Shown here: piece after piece, positions 40,405 through 49,746 of the stretch
Layout: each line of letters begins with the position of its first letter
How positions within the stretch are numbered: the stretch's first letter is position 1
Assembly: GCA_021805775.1 (NCBI GenBank)
Contig: JAJZED010000004.1
Span: 1-64,000, forward strand
Length of the DNA: 64,000 nt
From: a bacterium
GTDB taxonomy: Bacteria > Vulcanimicrobiota > Vulcanimicrobiia > Vulcanimicrobiales > Vulcanimicrobiaceae
Direction of reading: 5' to 3'
Position numbers and translations under genes: made by a program
The notes under the pieces: model-generated
Databases searched by the model: none
What the model was told of the DNA's origin: nothing
Seen by the model: the letters and a program-made list of their open reading frames with translations, nothing else

Positions 40405-42047
40405 CGAGCGCGTCCCGTCGCCTTTTCGCGATGCTCGTTTTTGTTTTTGCGTGCGGCGGCATCGCACGCGCGGCGAACGCCCCGGTACTCTTCGTGCCGC
40501 TCGACGACCGCCCGGTGACGCGGCAACTTCCCGCGATGCTCGGAGCGATCTCCGGCGTGCGCGTGCTCGAACCGCAGCGGCATCTTCTCGGTAACTATCT
40601 GCGTGCCGGCGATCCGGCGGCGATCGGGCGCTGGCTCGATCGTGAGAGCGCCGAACGCGATTTCGGTAGTGCGGTGATCTCCACCGATATGCTCGCCTAC
40701 GGCGGATTGGTCGCTTCGCGCATTCCGGGCCCCGATTACACGACCGCTTTTCAGCGCCTCAGTGCGATCCGGCGCCTCCACGATCGAGATCCGCACGCCT
40801 GGGTCGCGGCCTTTGCAACCGTCGTGCGCCTCGCGCCGACCGGCGTTCCGCCGATCGGCGATGCGAGGCACTTCTTTGCCGCCTACCCGATCTGGAAATA
40901 CATTCAGCAATATGCAAATCTTCCCGACCCGTTGCCGGAGCGCGATGCAGCGTACGCCGCACGCTTGCGCGCGCTCGCCGGGCCGGCACTCGACGAGTAT
41001 CTCGCGGTACGCGCACGCAACCTCGCCGTCGATCGCGCGCTGCTCCTTGCGACCGCCGCCGGCACGATCGATCGACTCGTCATCGGGCAGGATGACGCGG
41101 GCGTCGTCGGCCTCCACGTTCCCGAGATCGCGCAACTCGAAACGATGGAGCGGCAATATCTCTCACCGAAGCAGTCGTCGATCGAACCGGGTGCCGATGA
41201 ACTCGGCATGGTTCTCGTCGCGCACGCGATGGCCCGCGATGCGCGCTGGCACCCGCGGATCGCCGTGCGTTATTCCACACCCTCCGGCGCGCTGGTGCAA
41301 GATCCGCTCGAATTCGAGCCGATCGGTGCGACGATCGCATCGCTCGTCCGTCTTGTCGGCGGCCGCGAAGTGAGGCGACGCCCCGATATCGTGCTCGCCG
41401 TGCGCGTGCCGCATCCGACGGCGCTTACGGATCGCCTGTTCCTTGCTTCGATGCGCGGTGCGCTCGCACGCAAGCGGCGGGTAGCGCTGGTCGATCTAAC
41501 GTTTCTCGATGGGAACGACGCTGCGGAGCTCTCGTTCATGCAGCGCTTGCTGCGCGACGGCCTTGCGGCGCGCCTCGACGCCTACGCGTCCTGGAATACC
41601 GATGCGAACAGCGTCGGGACGGCGTTAGCCGAGGCGGTCGCTGCGGGGGCCGGGCGACGCCTCGGCACCTTCGATCGGCGCGCGCAGGTGGCATTCACGT
41701 TCGACCGCATTCTCGACGACGTCTATTTCCATGCGGTTGTGCGACCCGATCTCGAACGCACGCTCGCGCTCGAGGGAATCGTCGATCATACCTATCTCTT
41801 GCCTCGGGTTGCCGCGCGCACGCAACGCCTTGCGAGCGCCGCGCTCTGGCAATACGCACCGGGACTCCTCGCAGCGCTCGCTCCGCGCGAGCATATTGCC
41901 GCGCTGCGTATCACGCTACCGTGGGATCGTACGTTCGAGTGCGAGATCGAACCGGCGCTCGCACCCGACCTTCCGCGGAGCGCTATGCGCTCCGTGCGAT
42001 CTCCTCGGCGGAGCGCTACGCGCTCCGCGCGATCTCCTCGTCGGTGA
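40401..42047 (+). CDS. DUF4127-family protein (uncharacterised), co-operonic with murQ
   Basis: N-terminal signal/TM then VLFVPLDDRPV, the family-typical start of DUF4127. 548 aa. The last about 25 codons (PRSAMRSVRSPRRSATRSARSPRR) are read through a tandem DNA repeat and may not be part of the native protein. Confidence 0.6.
   Translation: MTSASRRLFAMLVFVFACGGIARAANAPVLFVPLDDRPVTRQLPAMLGAISGVRVLEPQRHLLGNYLRAGDPAAIGRWLDRESAERDFGSAVISTDMLAYGGLVASRIPGPDYTTAFQRLSAIRRLHDRDPHAWVAAFATVVRLAPTGVPPIGDARHFFAAYPIWKYIQQYANLPDPLPERDAAYAARLRALAGPALDEYLAVRARNLAVDRALLLATAAGTIDRLVIGQDDAGVVGLHVPEIAQLETMERQYLSPKQSSIEPGADELGMVLVAHAMARDARWHPRIAVRYSTPSGALVQDPLEFEPIGATIASLVRLVGGREVRRRPDIVLAVRVPHPTALTDRLFLASMRGALARKRRVALVDLTFLDGNDAAELSFMQRLLRDGLAARLDAYASWNTDANSVGTALAEAVAAGAGRRLGTFDRRAQVAFTFDRILDDVYFHAVVRPDLERTLALEGIVDHTYLLPRVAARTQRLASAALWQYAPGLLAALAPREHIAALRITLPWDRTFECEIEPALAPDLPRSAMRSVRSPRRSATRSARSPRR
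41976..42040. repeat. Tandem direct repeat (2 x about 33 bp), each unit an internal hairpin, at the convergent 3' ends of the DUF4127 and radical-SAM genes
   Basis: cggagcgctatgcgctccgtgcgatctcctcgg followed by cggagcgctacgcgctccgcgcgatctcctcg (two mismatches). Each unit contains GGAGCGC-ta(t/c)-GCGCTCC, a 7-bp stem. This is probably a bidirectional GC-hairpin terminator that overlaps both coding ends. Confidence 0.6.
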
Positions 42048-43188
42048 GGTAGCAACCCGGATCGGAGCCCCACATATCGCCGGTCATGCCGAGTGATCGC
42101 GCGCGGAACCCACCTCCGCAGAGATCGAAGAAGTTACACTTCGCACAGCGCCCGCTAATCTGCGCCGAACGATCGCGAAGCTCGGCGAGCGTTGCAATGC
42201 TGTCGTCTTCCCAAATCTCGCTAAATTTGCGGTCGCGCACGTTGCCGAGCGTGATCTGCTGCATGAACTGATCGGGGTGCACGTTGCCGTAGAAATCGAT
42301 ATTCCCGATCCCGCGGCCGGTCGAGTGGCTTGCGCCACCGTTCCAGAGCAGCATCTCGCGCGCTTTTGCCGCTCGCTGCGGCGACGCGGCGGCTAGCGTG
42401 AGGTAAGCAAACGGCGCGTCGGCGTGATTGTCGACGGTGAGAATCTCGCGCGGATCGCCGCGCTGCGCGAGATCGAGCGTGCGCTCGAAAATTCGGCTCA
42501 CCGCACCGCGCGCCGCTTCGAGATCGAGCGTGGTCGCGGCGCGCCCGCGCCCGGCGGGAACGAGGTGGTAGAAGCAGGCGCGCTCGATGCCCTCGCGCTC
42601 GATAAAATCGAAGATCTCGTCGAGGTCGGCGATGGTCTGCGGCGTGAGCGTGAGGCGGAGGCCGACCTTTTGCCCGACGGTACGAAGTTCGCGGATCGCC
42701 TGGTGCGCTCGCTCGAAGGCCCCCGGGCGACCGCGAAAGAGATCGTTGGTCGCTCCCATGCCGTCGAAGGAGATGCCGACGTAGGTGAAGCCCGTCTCTT
42801 TAATCGCCTCCGCGCGTTTGCGGTCGATGAGGGTGCCGTTGGTCGAGAGGGTGAGTTTGAGGCCCTTTTTGCGCGCGTACCGGGCGATTTCGAAGAGGTC
42901 GGGGCGCGCGAGCGGCTCGCCGCCGGAGAGTAAGAGCGCCGGGACGCCGTAATCGGCGAGATCGTCGACGAGTTTGAGCGCCTCTTCGTGGTTGAGCTCC
43001 CCGTCGTAATGCTTCGCCTCGGAATCGCTGTAGCAATGGACGCAGCGGAGGTTACAGGTTCTCGTTACGTTCCAGACGACGACCGGGCGCCGCCCGCGAG
43101 CGCTCTTTTCGGCATCGTGCCCGCGCCCGTAGCGGTGGCCGTCCATCGGTTGCTCGAGGTCGCAGAGAATCCGGGTGACGTTGAACAT
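42016..43188 (-). CDS. Radical SAM enzyme with C-terminal SPASM/twitch-type Cys cluster (NirJ/AhbC/PqqE-like)
   Basis: CNLRCVHCY (CxxxCxxC) at residues about 46-54 after a 40-aa N-terminal extension. LLSGGEPL, LSTNG. C-terminal auxiliary-cluster cysteines (CAKCNFFDLCGG). AAGGAG RBS. Confidence 0.8.
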   Translation of the reverse strand: MFNVTRILCDLEQPMDGHRYGRGHDAEKSARGRRPVVVWNVTRTCNLRCVHCYSDSEAKHYDGELNHEEALKLVDDLADYGVPALLLSGGEPLARPDLFEIARYARKKGLKLTLSTNGTLIDRKRAEAIKETGFTYVGISFDGMGATNDLFRGRPGAFERAHQAIRELRTVGQKVGLRLTLTPQTIADLDEIFDFIEREGIERACFYHLVPAGRGRAATTLDLEAARGAVSRIFERTLDLAQRGDPREILTVDNHADAPFAYLTLAAASPQRAAKAREMLLWNGGASHSTGRGIGNIDFYGNVHPDQFMQQITLGNVRDRKFSEIWEDDSIATLAELRDRSAQISGRCAKCNFFDLCGGGFRARSLGMTGDMWGSDPGCYLTDEEIARSA

Positions 43189-43273
43189 GTGCTCTCCTTG
43201 GGGCGGCTTTGTTGGAACGATGGTATCGCCGAGATGGGGAGAGCGTAAGAAGAAGTTGAGAAATGCAGGAGGG

Positions 43274-43678
43274 TTACGCGGAGTGCTCCTGCTGACAGAG
43301 CTCGATGAGGACGCCTGCGGTCGAGGCCGGATGGATGAAGGCGATAAGGTTTCCGTGCGCCCCCTTTCGCGGCCGCTCGTCGATCATCCGGACGCCGCGC
43401 GCGCGGAGCGCGGCGATCTCGGCGGGGAGATCGTCAACGCGGTAGGCGGTGTGGTGAAGTTTGCTCGCCGCACTCCCGCGGAAGCGAGCGATCGGCGAGC
43501 CTTCGTCGAGCGGGCGCAGTAACTCGATGCTCGATTCGCCTGCCTGCAAGCCGACCGCCTCGACCCCCTGGTCGGCGATCGTCTCGCGGTAGATCTGCTC
43601 GAAGCCGAGGCTCTGCGTGTAGATCGCCAGGGTCGCCTCCAGATCGGCGACGACGATTGCGATGTGGTCGATTTTCAC
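43274..43678 (-). CDS. Methylmalonyl-CoA epimerase (VOC/glyoxalase fold)
   Basis: GTG start ([10 protein letters not shown]). Two betaalphabetabetabeta modules with metal ligands (HIAI ... E ... HTAY ... E). GTGA overlap with the mutase stop. Confidence 0.75.
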   Translation of the reverse strand: MKIDHIAIVVADLEATLAIYTQSLGFEQIYRETIADQGVEAVGLQAGESSIELLRPLDEGSPIARFRGSAASKLHHTAYRVDDLPAEIAALRARGVRMIDERPRKGAHGNLIAFIHPASTAGVLIELCQQEHSA

Positions 43679-45255
43679 GCGAGGCTCTCCCGCGCGCGAT
43701 AGGTGCCGAAGACCTCGCGTAGCGCGTCGCATATCTCGCCGAGGCTCGCTCCGGCATCGACCGCCTCCACGAAATGCGGCATCAGGTTCTCGCGCCCGGT
43801 AGCGGCGCTGCGAACGGCGGCGAGGCGCGCCGCAACGGCGTCGCCGTCGCGAGCGGAGCGGAAGCGCTCGAGGCGTTCCACTTGCTCGCGTTCGACGCGT
43901 TCGTCGATGCGTTGGAGCGTCGGCGTTTCGGCGTGGCTATCGGCATCGACGAACGCGTTGACGCCGATGACGAGCGATTCTTTTCGTTCGATCGCCTGCT
44001 GGGCGAGATAGGCCGAATCGCCGATGCGGTTCTGCATCCAACCGCTTTCGATCGCCGCGATGCTTCCCCCGAGGGCATCGATCTCGGCGATCGTCGCGCG
44101 CGCCGCCTCGATTAGTTCGTTCGTGAGCGTCTCGACGTAATAGGAACCGGCGAGCGGATCGACGACATCGGCGACACCGCTTTCGTAGCCGATGATCTGT
44201 TGCGTGCGCAGAGCGAGTTTCGCGCTCCGGGCAGTCGGCAGCGCGAGCGCCTCATCTTGCCCGTTGGTATGGAGCGACTGCGTTCCGCCGAGAACGGCGG
44301 CGAGCGCCTGCAGCGTTACGCGAACGACGTTGTTCTCCGGCTCTTGTGCCGCCAGGGTGGAACCGGCGGTCTGCGTGTGAAAGCGGAGCATCTGCGATCG
44401 CGGGTCGCGGCAGCCGAATTCATCGCGGGTTATGTGCGCCCACAGGTAGCGCGCGGCGCGAAACTTCGCGATCTCCTCGAAGAAATCGTTGTGCGCGTTC
44501 CAGAAGAAGGAGAGGCGCGGCGCGATCGTATCGAGATCGATGCCGGCATCGCGCGCGGCTTGAAGATAGGCCTTCGCGTTCGCGAGCGTAAAAGCGATCT
44601 CTTCGACCGCGGTCGACCCCGCTTCGCGAATGTGGTAACCGCTAATCGAGATCGTGTTCCACTGCGGAACCTCGCGCGCACAATAGGCCATGACGTCGGT
44701 GACCAAGCGCATCGAAGCCTTCGGCGGATAGATATAGGTGCCGCGGGCGGCGTATTCTTTGAGGACGTCGTTTTGGATCGTTCCGCCGAGCCGGTCGAAG
44801 GGAATTCCGCGCCGTCGCGCGACCGCGAGGAGCATTGCGAGAAGAATCGAGGCCGGCGCGTTGATCGTCATCGAGATCGTGACCTCTGCAAGCGGAATAT
44901 CGTGCAGCAGGGTCTCCATGTCGTCGATCGAGTCGATGGCGACGCCGACCTTGCCGACCTCCCCTCGCGCGACGCTTGCGTCGGAATCGTAGCCGAGTTG
45001 CGTCGGTAGATCGAAGGCGACGGAGAGCCCCGTCTGCCCGCGCGCGAGAAGGTAGCGGTAGCGCTCGTTCGATTCGGCGGCAGTGGCGAATCCGGCATAC
45101 TGACGCATCGTCCAGAGGCGCCCGCGATATTGATCGGCGCGGATCGCGCGACCGAACGGGAACGCCCCCGGCGCTCCGAGATCGTGCGCCGATCCCTCCG
45201 GAGCGTCGTAGAACGGCTGTAGCGGAATGCCGCTAGCGTTGATCGAGCGTGCCAC
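43675..45255 (-). CDS. Methylmalonyl-CoA mutase, catalytic (TIM-barrel) subunit lacking the B12-binding domain
   Basis: 526 aa. RTIRQYAGF-like ([12 protein letters not shown]), [10 protein letters not shown], and conserved barrel blocks through the C-terminus. No DxHxxG cobalamin-binding module. Confidence 0.9.
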   Translation of the reverse strand: MARSINASGIPLQPFYDAPEGSAHDLGAPGAFPFGRAIRADQYRGRLWTMRQYAGFATAAESNERYRYLLARGQTGLSVAFDLPTQLGYDSDASVARGEVGKVGVAIDSIDDMETLLHDIPLAEVTISMTINAPASILLAMLLAVARRRGIPFDRLGGTIQNDVLKEYAARGTYIYPPKASMRLVTDVMAYCAREVPQWNTISISGYHIREAGSTAVEEIAFTLANAKAYLQAARDAGIDLDTIAPRLSFFWNAHNDFFEEIAKFRAARYLWAHITRDEFGCRDPRSQMLRFHTQTAGSTLAAQEPENNVVRVTLQALAAVLGGTQSLHTNGQDEALALPTARSAKLALRTQQIIGYESGVADVVDPLAGSYYVETLTNELIEAARATIAEIDALGGSIAAIESGWMQNRIGDSAYLAQQAIERKESLVIGVNAFVDADSHAETPTLQRIDERVEREQVERLERFRSARDGDAVAARLAAVRSAATGRENLMPHFVEAVDAGASLGEICDALREVFGTYRARESLA

Positions 45256-45267
45256 GTTGTTCCGTGC

Positions 45268-47010
45268 TCATTCTAGCGTCAGAATCGGCCGGTCGGCTTC
45301 GATCGTTCCGCCGGCCTCGACGTGAAGTTTGCCGACGCGTCCGGCGCGATGGGCGCGTATTTCGTTCATCATCTTCATCGCTTCGATTACGGCAACGACA
45401 TCGCCCTCGGCGACCTCGTCGCCGGGCGCGACGCGCAATTCGATCACCACGCCGTGCATCGGCGAGAGAATATCTGCCCCGTCGTGCGTGGGGTTGCGGC
45501 GCGGTTGGCTTCGTGCGACCGGCGGGCGGCGGCTCTGCGTGCGTGTCGGTGCAACGGCGTCGACGACGCGCACGCGAAAGAGCTTGCCGTTTACCTCGAC
45601 GCGCACCACGTCGGGCTCATTCGCTGCGGCTGCAGGCTGCGATGCGTCGACGAACGGCGTGGCGTCCTGAGCCCAACGCTCGGTAAACGGTTCGAGGCTC
45701 GCCGTGCCGTAACTCGCGTCGGCGACCATCGGTGCGTCGCAGAGCGCGTGCAGAAGCGGTAACGTCGTCGGTAAGCCGCCGACGACGTATTCGCCGGTCG
45801 CCCGTTTCATACGCGCGAGCGCTTGTTCGCGCGTCGGGGCCCAAACGATGAGTTTGGCGACCATCGAATCGTAATCGGGCGAGATCGTCATGCCGACGCG
45901 GGCGGCGGAATCGATGCGAATGCCCAACCCGCCTGGTTCGCGATAGCGATCGATCGTGCCGGGAGCGGGGCGAAAATTTTGCGCCGGGTCTTCGGCGTTG
46001 ACGCGCCCTTCGATCGCCGCACCGCGAAAATGAATCTGCTCTTGGGTGTAGCCGAGCGGCTCGCCGGCGGCGACGCGGATCATTTCGCGAACGAGATCGA
46101 TGCCGGCGATCTCTTCGGTCACGGTATGCTCGACCTGAATGCGCGTGTTCATTTCGAGAAAATAGAAATCGTCACCGACGACGAGACATTCGATCGTACC
46201 GACGGAATCGTAGCCGATCGCGCGGGCCGCGCGCATGCCCGCAGCACGCATCGCTTCCCGAGCGCGATTGGAGATCTGTGCGGGCGCCTCTTCCCAGAGC
46301 TTCTGGTGTCGGCGTTGGAGCGAGCAATCGCGGTCGCCGACGTGCAGCACCGTACCGTGCTTATCGGCGAGAATCTGCAATTCAACGTGTTTCGGGTTGT
46401 CGAGATAGCGCTCGGCGTAAACGACGGGATTCTTGAAGTACGCCTCCGCTTCGCGCACCGCCGTCGTAAACGCGCTCTCGATATCGTCGACGCTGCGAAC
46501 GATTTTCAAACCCTTGCCGCCGCCGCCGCCCGAGGCCTTCAGCGCTAGCGGGAGGCCGAAACGTTCGACGGCTTCGCGGACCGCGGCGAGGTCGGCGAGC
46601 GGTTCGGTGCCGCCGGGAACGAAAGGAACCTTCGCTTTTGCCATCGCCGCGCGGGCGCGCAATTTGTCGCCCATCGCGTCGATTGCATCGGGATGCGGGC
46701 CGATCCAGGTAAGCCCGGCGGCGATAACGCGCCGAGCGAAGCCCGCATTTTCGGCAAAAAAACCGTAGCCGGGATGAATCGCATCGGCGCCGCTGCGGGC
46801 CGCTATATCGAGAAGCGCATCGGCGTTGAGATAACTCTGCGCCGGGGCCGCGCCGCCGAGAAAATATGCCTCGTCGGCGATGCCGACGTGGAGCGCATCG
46901 CGGTCGGGTTCGGAATAGACGGCAACGCCGGCGATACCCATCTCCCGCAACGTACGCAGGACGCGAATCGCGATCTCGCCGCGATTGGCGACGAGAACTT
47001 TAGAGAACAC
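45268..47010 (-). CDS. Acyl-CoA (propionyl/acetyl-CoA) carboxylase alpha subunit: biotin carboxylase + BCCP
   Basis: Biotin carboxylase blocks (KVLVANRGEIA, GGGGKG, EMNTRIQVEH). C-terminal biotinyl domain with EAMKMMNEI. Confidence 0.9.
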   Translation of the reverse strand: MFSKVLVANRGEIAIRVLRTLREMGIAGVAVYSEPDRDALHVGIADEAYFLGGAAPAQSYLNADALLDIAARSGADAIHPGYGFFAENAGFARRVIAAGLTWIGPHPDAIDAMGDKLRARAAMAKAKVPFVPGGTEPLADLAAVREAVERFGLPLALKASGGGGGKGLKIVRSVDDIESAFTTAVREAEAYFKNPVVYAERYLDNPKHVELQILADKHGTVLHVGDRDCSLQRRHQKLWEEAPAQISNRAREAMRAAGMRAARAIGYDSVGTIECLVVGDDFYFLEMNTRIQVEHTVTEEIAGIDLVREMIRVAAGEPLGYTQEQIHFRGAAIEGRVNAEDPAQNFRPAPGTIDRYREPGGLGIRIDSAARVGMTISPDYDSMVAKLIVWAPTREQALARMKRATGEYVVGGLPTTLPLLHALCDAPMVADASYGTASLEPFTERWAQDATPFVDASQPAAAANEPDVVRVEVNGKLFRVRVVDAVAPTRTQSRRPPVARSQPRRNPTHDGADILSPMHGVVIELRVAPGDEVAEGDVVAVIEAMKMMNEIRAHRAGRVGKLHVEAGGTIEADRPILTLE

Positions 47011-47175
47011 CGGCGGTACGCATGCGGGCGCGGATATCGTCGAGCGTCATCTCCGGATCGCGAGCGGCAACGCGCCAAGGCGGAACCGCCCGCTCGGAAC
47101 GTTCGTTTGCCTTCGGCCGCTCGGCGAGTACGGCGAAGATCGCCGCCGCCTCTTCCTCGGTTGGAGCGGGAGCGA

Positions 47176-47967
47176 TCACGCCGGTTTTTCCGGCGGAGGA
47201 TACATCCCCATTGCATGAAAGCCGGCGTCGACGAAATGAATGTCGCCGGTAATTGCCGATGCGAGCGGCGATGCGAGATAGACCGCCGTGTTCCCGACGT
47301 CTTCGATCGTGACGTTTCGGCGGAGCGGTGCCGTTGCCGCGACGACATCGAGCATCTTCGTGAAGCCGCCGACCTGCCGCGCGCTCGCCGTTTTAATCGG
47401 TCCGGCAGAGATGCCGTTCACGCGAATGCTGCGGTCGCCGAGATCGAAGGCAAGATAACGGATCGAGGCCTCTAACGCTGCCTTTGCGATGCCCATAAGG
47501 TTGTAATTCGGGACGATCTGCGTTGCGCCGAGGTAGGTCATCGCCATAATCGACGCGCCGTCGTTGAGACGTTCGCGCAGCGCCTGAACTAAGGCGATCA
47601 GCGAGTAGGCCGAGACATCGAGCGAGAGCGCAAAGCCGTCGCGAGTAGTATCGTAGACTTTCCCAACGAGGTCTTCTTTATTTGCGTAAGCGATCGAATG
47701 CACGAGAATATCGAGCGAGCCGAAATCGCGCGCGAGCGCCTCGCTCATCGCGACGATCGATGCGTGGTCGCCGACGTCGCAGGGAAGCACCGGGCCGCCC
47801 CCGAGCTCGGCGGCGAGTTTTGCTACCTCGTCGCGGACGCGTTCGCCCTGGTACGAAAATGCGAGTTGCGCCCCGTGCTCGTGCATCTTGCGCGCGATGC
47901 CGGTAGCGATCGACCAACGATTCGCGACGCCCGTAATGAGGGCGCGCTTGCCTTCAAGAAGTTTCAC
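47176..47967 (-). CDS. fabI: Enoyl-[acyl-carrier-protein] reductase (NADH)
   Basis: KRALITGVANRWSIA, catalytic Y-x6-K (NYNLMGIAKAALE), GPIKT. 263 aa. Confidence 0.9.
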   Translation of the reverse strand: MKLLEGKRALITGVANRWSIATGIARKMHEHGAQLAFSYQGERVRDEVAKLAAELGGGPVLPCDVGDHASIVAMSEALARDFGSLDILVHSIAYANKEDLVGKVYDTTRDGFALSLDVSAYSLIALVQALRERLNDGASIMAMTYLGATQIVPNYNLMGIAKAALEASIRYLAFDLGDRSIRVNGISAGPIKTASARQVGGFTKMLDVVAATAPLRRNVTIEDVGNTAVYLASPLASAITGDIHFVDAGFHAMGMYPPPEKPA

Positions 47968-48024
47968 GAGTCGATAGATAGCAGGGAGCCGCGGCTTCTC
48001 CCTGCCGCGGCGGCGGTGCCGAGG

Positions 48025-48735
48025 CTAGAGCGACGTTTGCAGCAGCGTGAAGCCGCGCTCCTGAATCGCATGGACCGCCCAGACGCCTGCGGGCACCACG
48101 GTCGCACGCGGCACCAACCCCTGGGTTAAACGAGCGTAGGTCGTCCCCTGGGATTCGTGGAGCAGGCCCGAGAGTGTCGTCGAAAATCCGTAGAGCGCGT
48201 TGTTGCAGACATAGAGTTGCAGGCGCGTCTGTGCCATGAGTGCGTCGATGGAGAAAAGATCGTCGGGGCGCGCGCCGACGGCGGGATGGAGCGCGGGGTT
48301 CCCCGAGCCGGGCTTCAATGTAGCCGGGAGAGCGCTGCGAATCCATGCGGGGAGCCGCGCCGCCGCGGGAATAAGGACGTCGTTCCAAGTTGCATCGTCG
48401 AAAGCGAGCGCGATGCCGACGTGGTAGAGTACGGCGACCGGAAAGATCGTGCTAAAAGACGTTCCGAGCAATTGGTATGCGTCCATCGTGTTCGCGACCG
48501 CGTCGAAAACATCGCCGTCGTCGATGAGTTTCGACGCGAAGAGATGTCGGTGGGTCGCCGGCGCTCCGAGTGTCGTCTCGAAGGTCGAGAGATCGAACTG
48601 TGGCGGCGATTGCCCTCCCGGTGAGGGGAGGTGCGGAGCGGCCGCAGCGGCTGCGGCTCCGAGCGGGCGTTCGAAGAGCGGGGCGAGCGCCGCCAACGAC
48701 GTGCTGACGGCGATAAAGCCTTTACGCGTACTCAT
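48025..48735 (-). CDS. Hypothetical protein (possible secreted)
   Basis: 236 aa. N-terminal hydrophobic segment with Ala-rich region. No recognised motif. Confidence 0.45.
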   Translation of the reverse strand: MSTRKGFIAVSTSLAALAPLFERPLGAAAAAAAPHLPSPGGQSPPQFDLSTFETTLGAPATHRHLFASKLIDDGDVFDAVANTMDAYQLLGTSFSTIFPVAVLYHVGIALAFDDATWNDVLIPAAARLPAWIRSALPATLKPGSGNPALHPAVGARPDDLFSIDALMAQTRLQLYVCNNALYGFSTTLSGLLHESQGTTYARLTQGLVPRATVVPAGVWAVHAIQERGFTLLQTSL

Positions 48736-48794
48736 TTCGCGCCCGGTTCGCTATGGCTGCCGCGTCGCCTCTTGAGAATGGCGCACGCCCTCGC

Positions 48795-49106
48795 ATGACG
48801 AACAGCGGCCGCATGTATTTGTTGCTCTCGCGTTATACAAAGCCGCTCGCCGAAGTCGATCGGCACGTCATCGCGCATCGCGCGTTTCTCGACCGCTATT
48901 ACGCCTCGGGCGATCTCATCGTCTCCGGACCGATGGAGCCGCGCGAAGGTGGGGTGATTATCGCCAACACGATGCCGCGCGAGCGACTCGATGCAATGCT
49001 CGCCGAAGATCCGTTCGTGCGCGAGCGGGTTAGCGAATATCAGGTCATCGAATTTCACGCCGCCCGTCGGCACGCCGCGCTCGCGGAGCTCGTTTCGTTA
49101 CAGTAA
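48795..49106 (+). CDS. YciI-family (Dabb-fold) protein
   Basis: About 103 aa from the MTNSGRMYLLL Met. YciI-like pattern YLLLSRYTKP ... HRAFLDR ... GPM ... GGVII. Upstream track codons are Ala/Arg-rich. Confidence 0.65.
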   Translation: MTNSGRMYLLLSRYTKPLAEVDRHVIAHRAFLDRYYASGDLIVSGPMEPREGGVIIANTMPRERLDAMLAEDPFVRERVSEYQVIEFHAARRHAALAELVSLQ

Positions 49107-49136
49107 GGGCGCGGTCGCAACCGCCGCGCGAAAAGT

Positions 49137-49670
49137 TTATGGCTCGGAATGAGGATCCACGATCGTAGGCGACTCCATCGCCTCAAGAACCTCCTGGGGA
49201 TCGACGCGCTCGCGGAGTTCGCGCACCTCGGGATCGTTGTGGGTCGGAATCGATGGGATGTCGCGCCGCATCTTGTCGAGCATGTCGATGATTTTGGCGA
49301 CCTTGCGTTCGGTAAGCAGATTGATTTGCAAATCGAGTCGGTTGCGCAAGATCGCGATTTGCGAAAGGCGGTGCTCGGTGGTTAGGATAAGGACCGTCAT
49401 GAGCAGCGCCGTGAGGCTCACGATTCCCTGAAGCCCGTAGAAGGGTGGCGGATCGAGCGTTCCGTGATGAACGAAATAGAAAAACGAGTTTGTCGTCACC
49501 CAGAGAGTGACGAAGGCGAAAATGATATAGACCATGCGCGGTTGAGCGATGCGCTGGGTAACGCGTTCGATCCAGCGTTGGTGACCCGAGACATCGTCTT
49601 CCGCGCGTCGTTCGAGTTCGGCGATCGACTCAATGGCTTCGTCGACTGGCCGGTGCGTTTGTTTTATCAA
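49137..49670 (-). CDS. DUF1003-family membrane protein
   Basis: Charged N-terminal region, then two TM helices (MVYIIFAFVTLWVT ... IVSLTALLMTVLILTTEHRL) and the conserved LQINLLTERK-type tail of DUF1003. Confidence 0.65.
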   Translation of the reverse strand: MIKQTHRPVDEAIESIAELERRAEDDVSGHQRWIERVTQRIAQPRMVYIIFAFVTLWVTTNSFFYFVHHGTLDPPPFYGLQGIVSLTALLMTVLILTTEHRLSQIAILRNRLDLQINLLTERKVAKIIDMLDKMRRDIPSIPTHNDPEVRELRERVDPQEVLEAMESPTIVDPHSEP

Positions 49671-49746
49671 GAGAGCTCGATGATACCCCGCTTCCCCGGA
49701 GTTGAAACACCTCGTGTGTTTTTCTCGTTCTTTCGAGCATTAAAGG

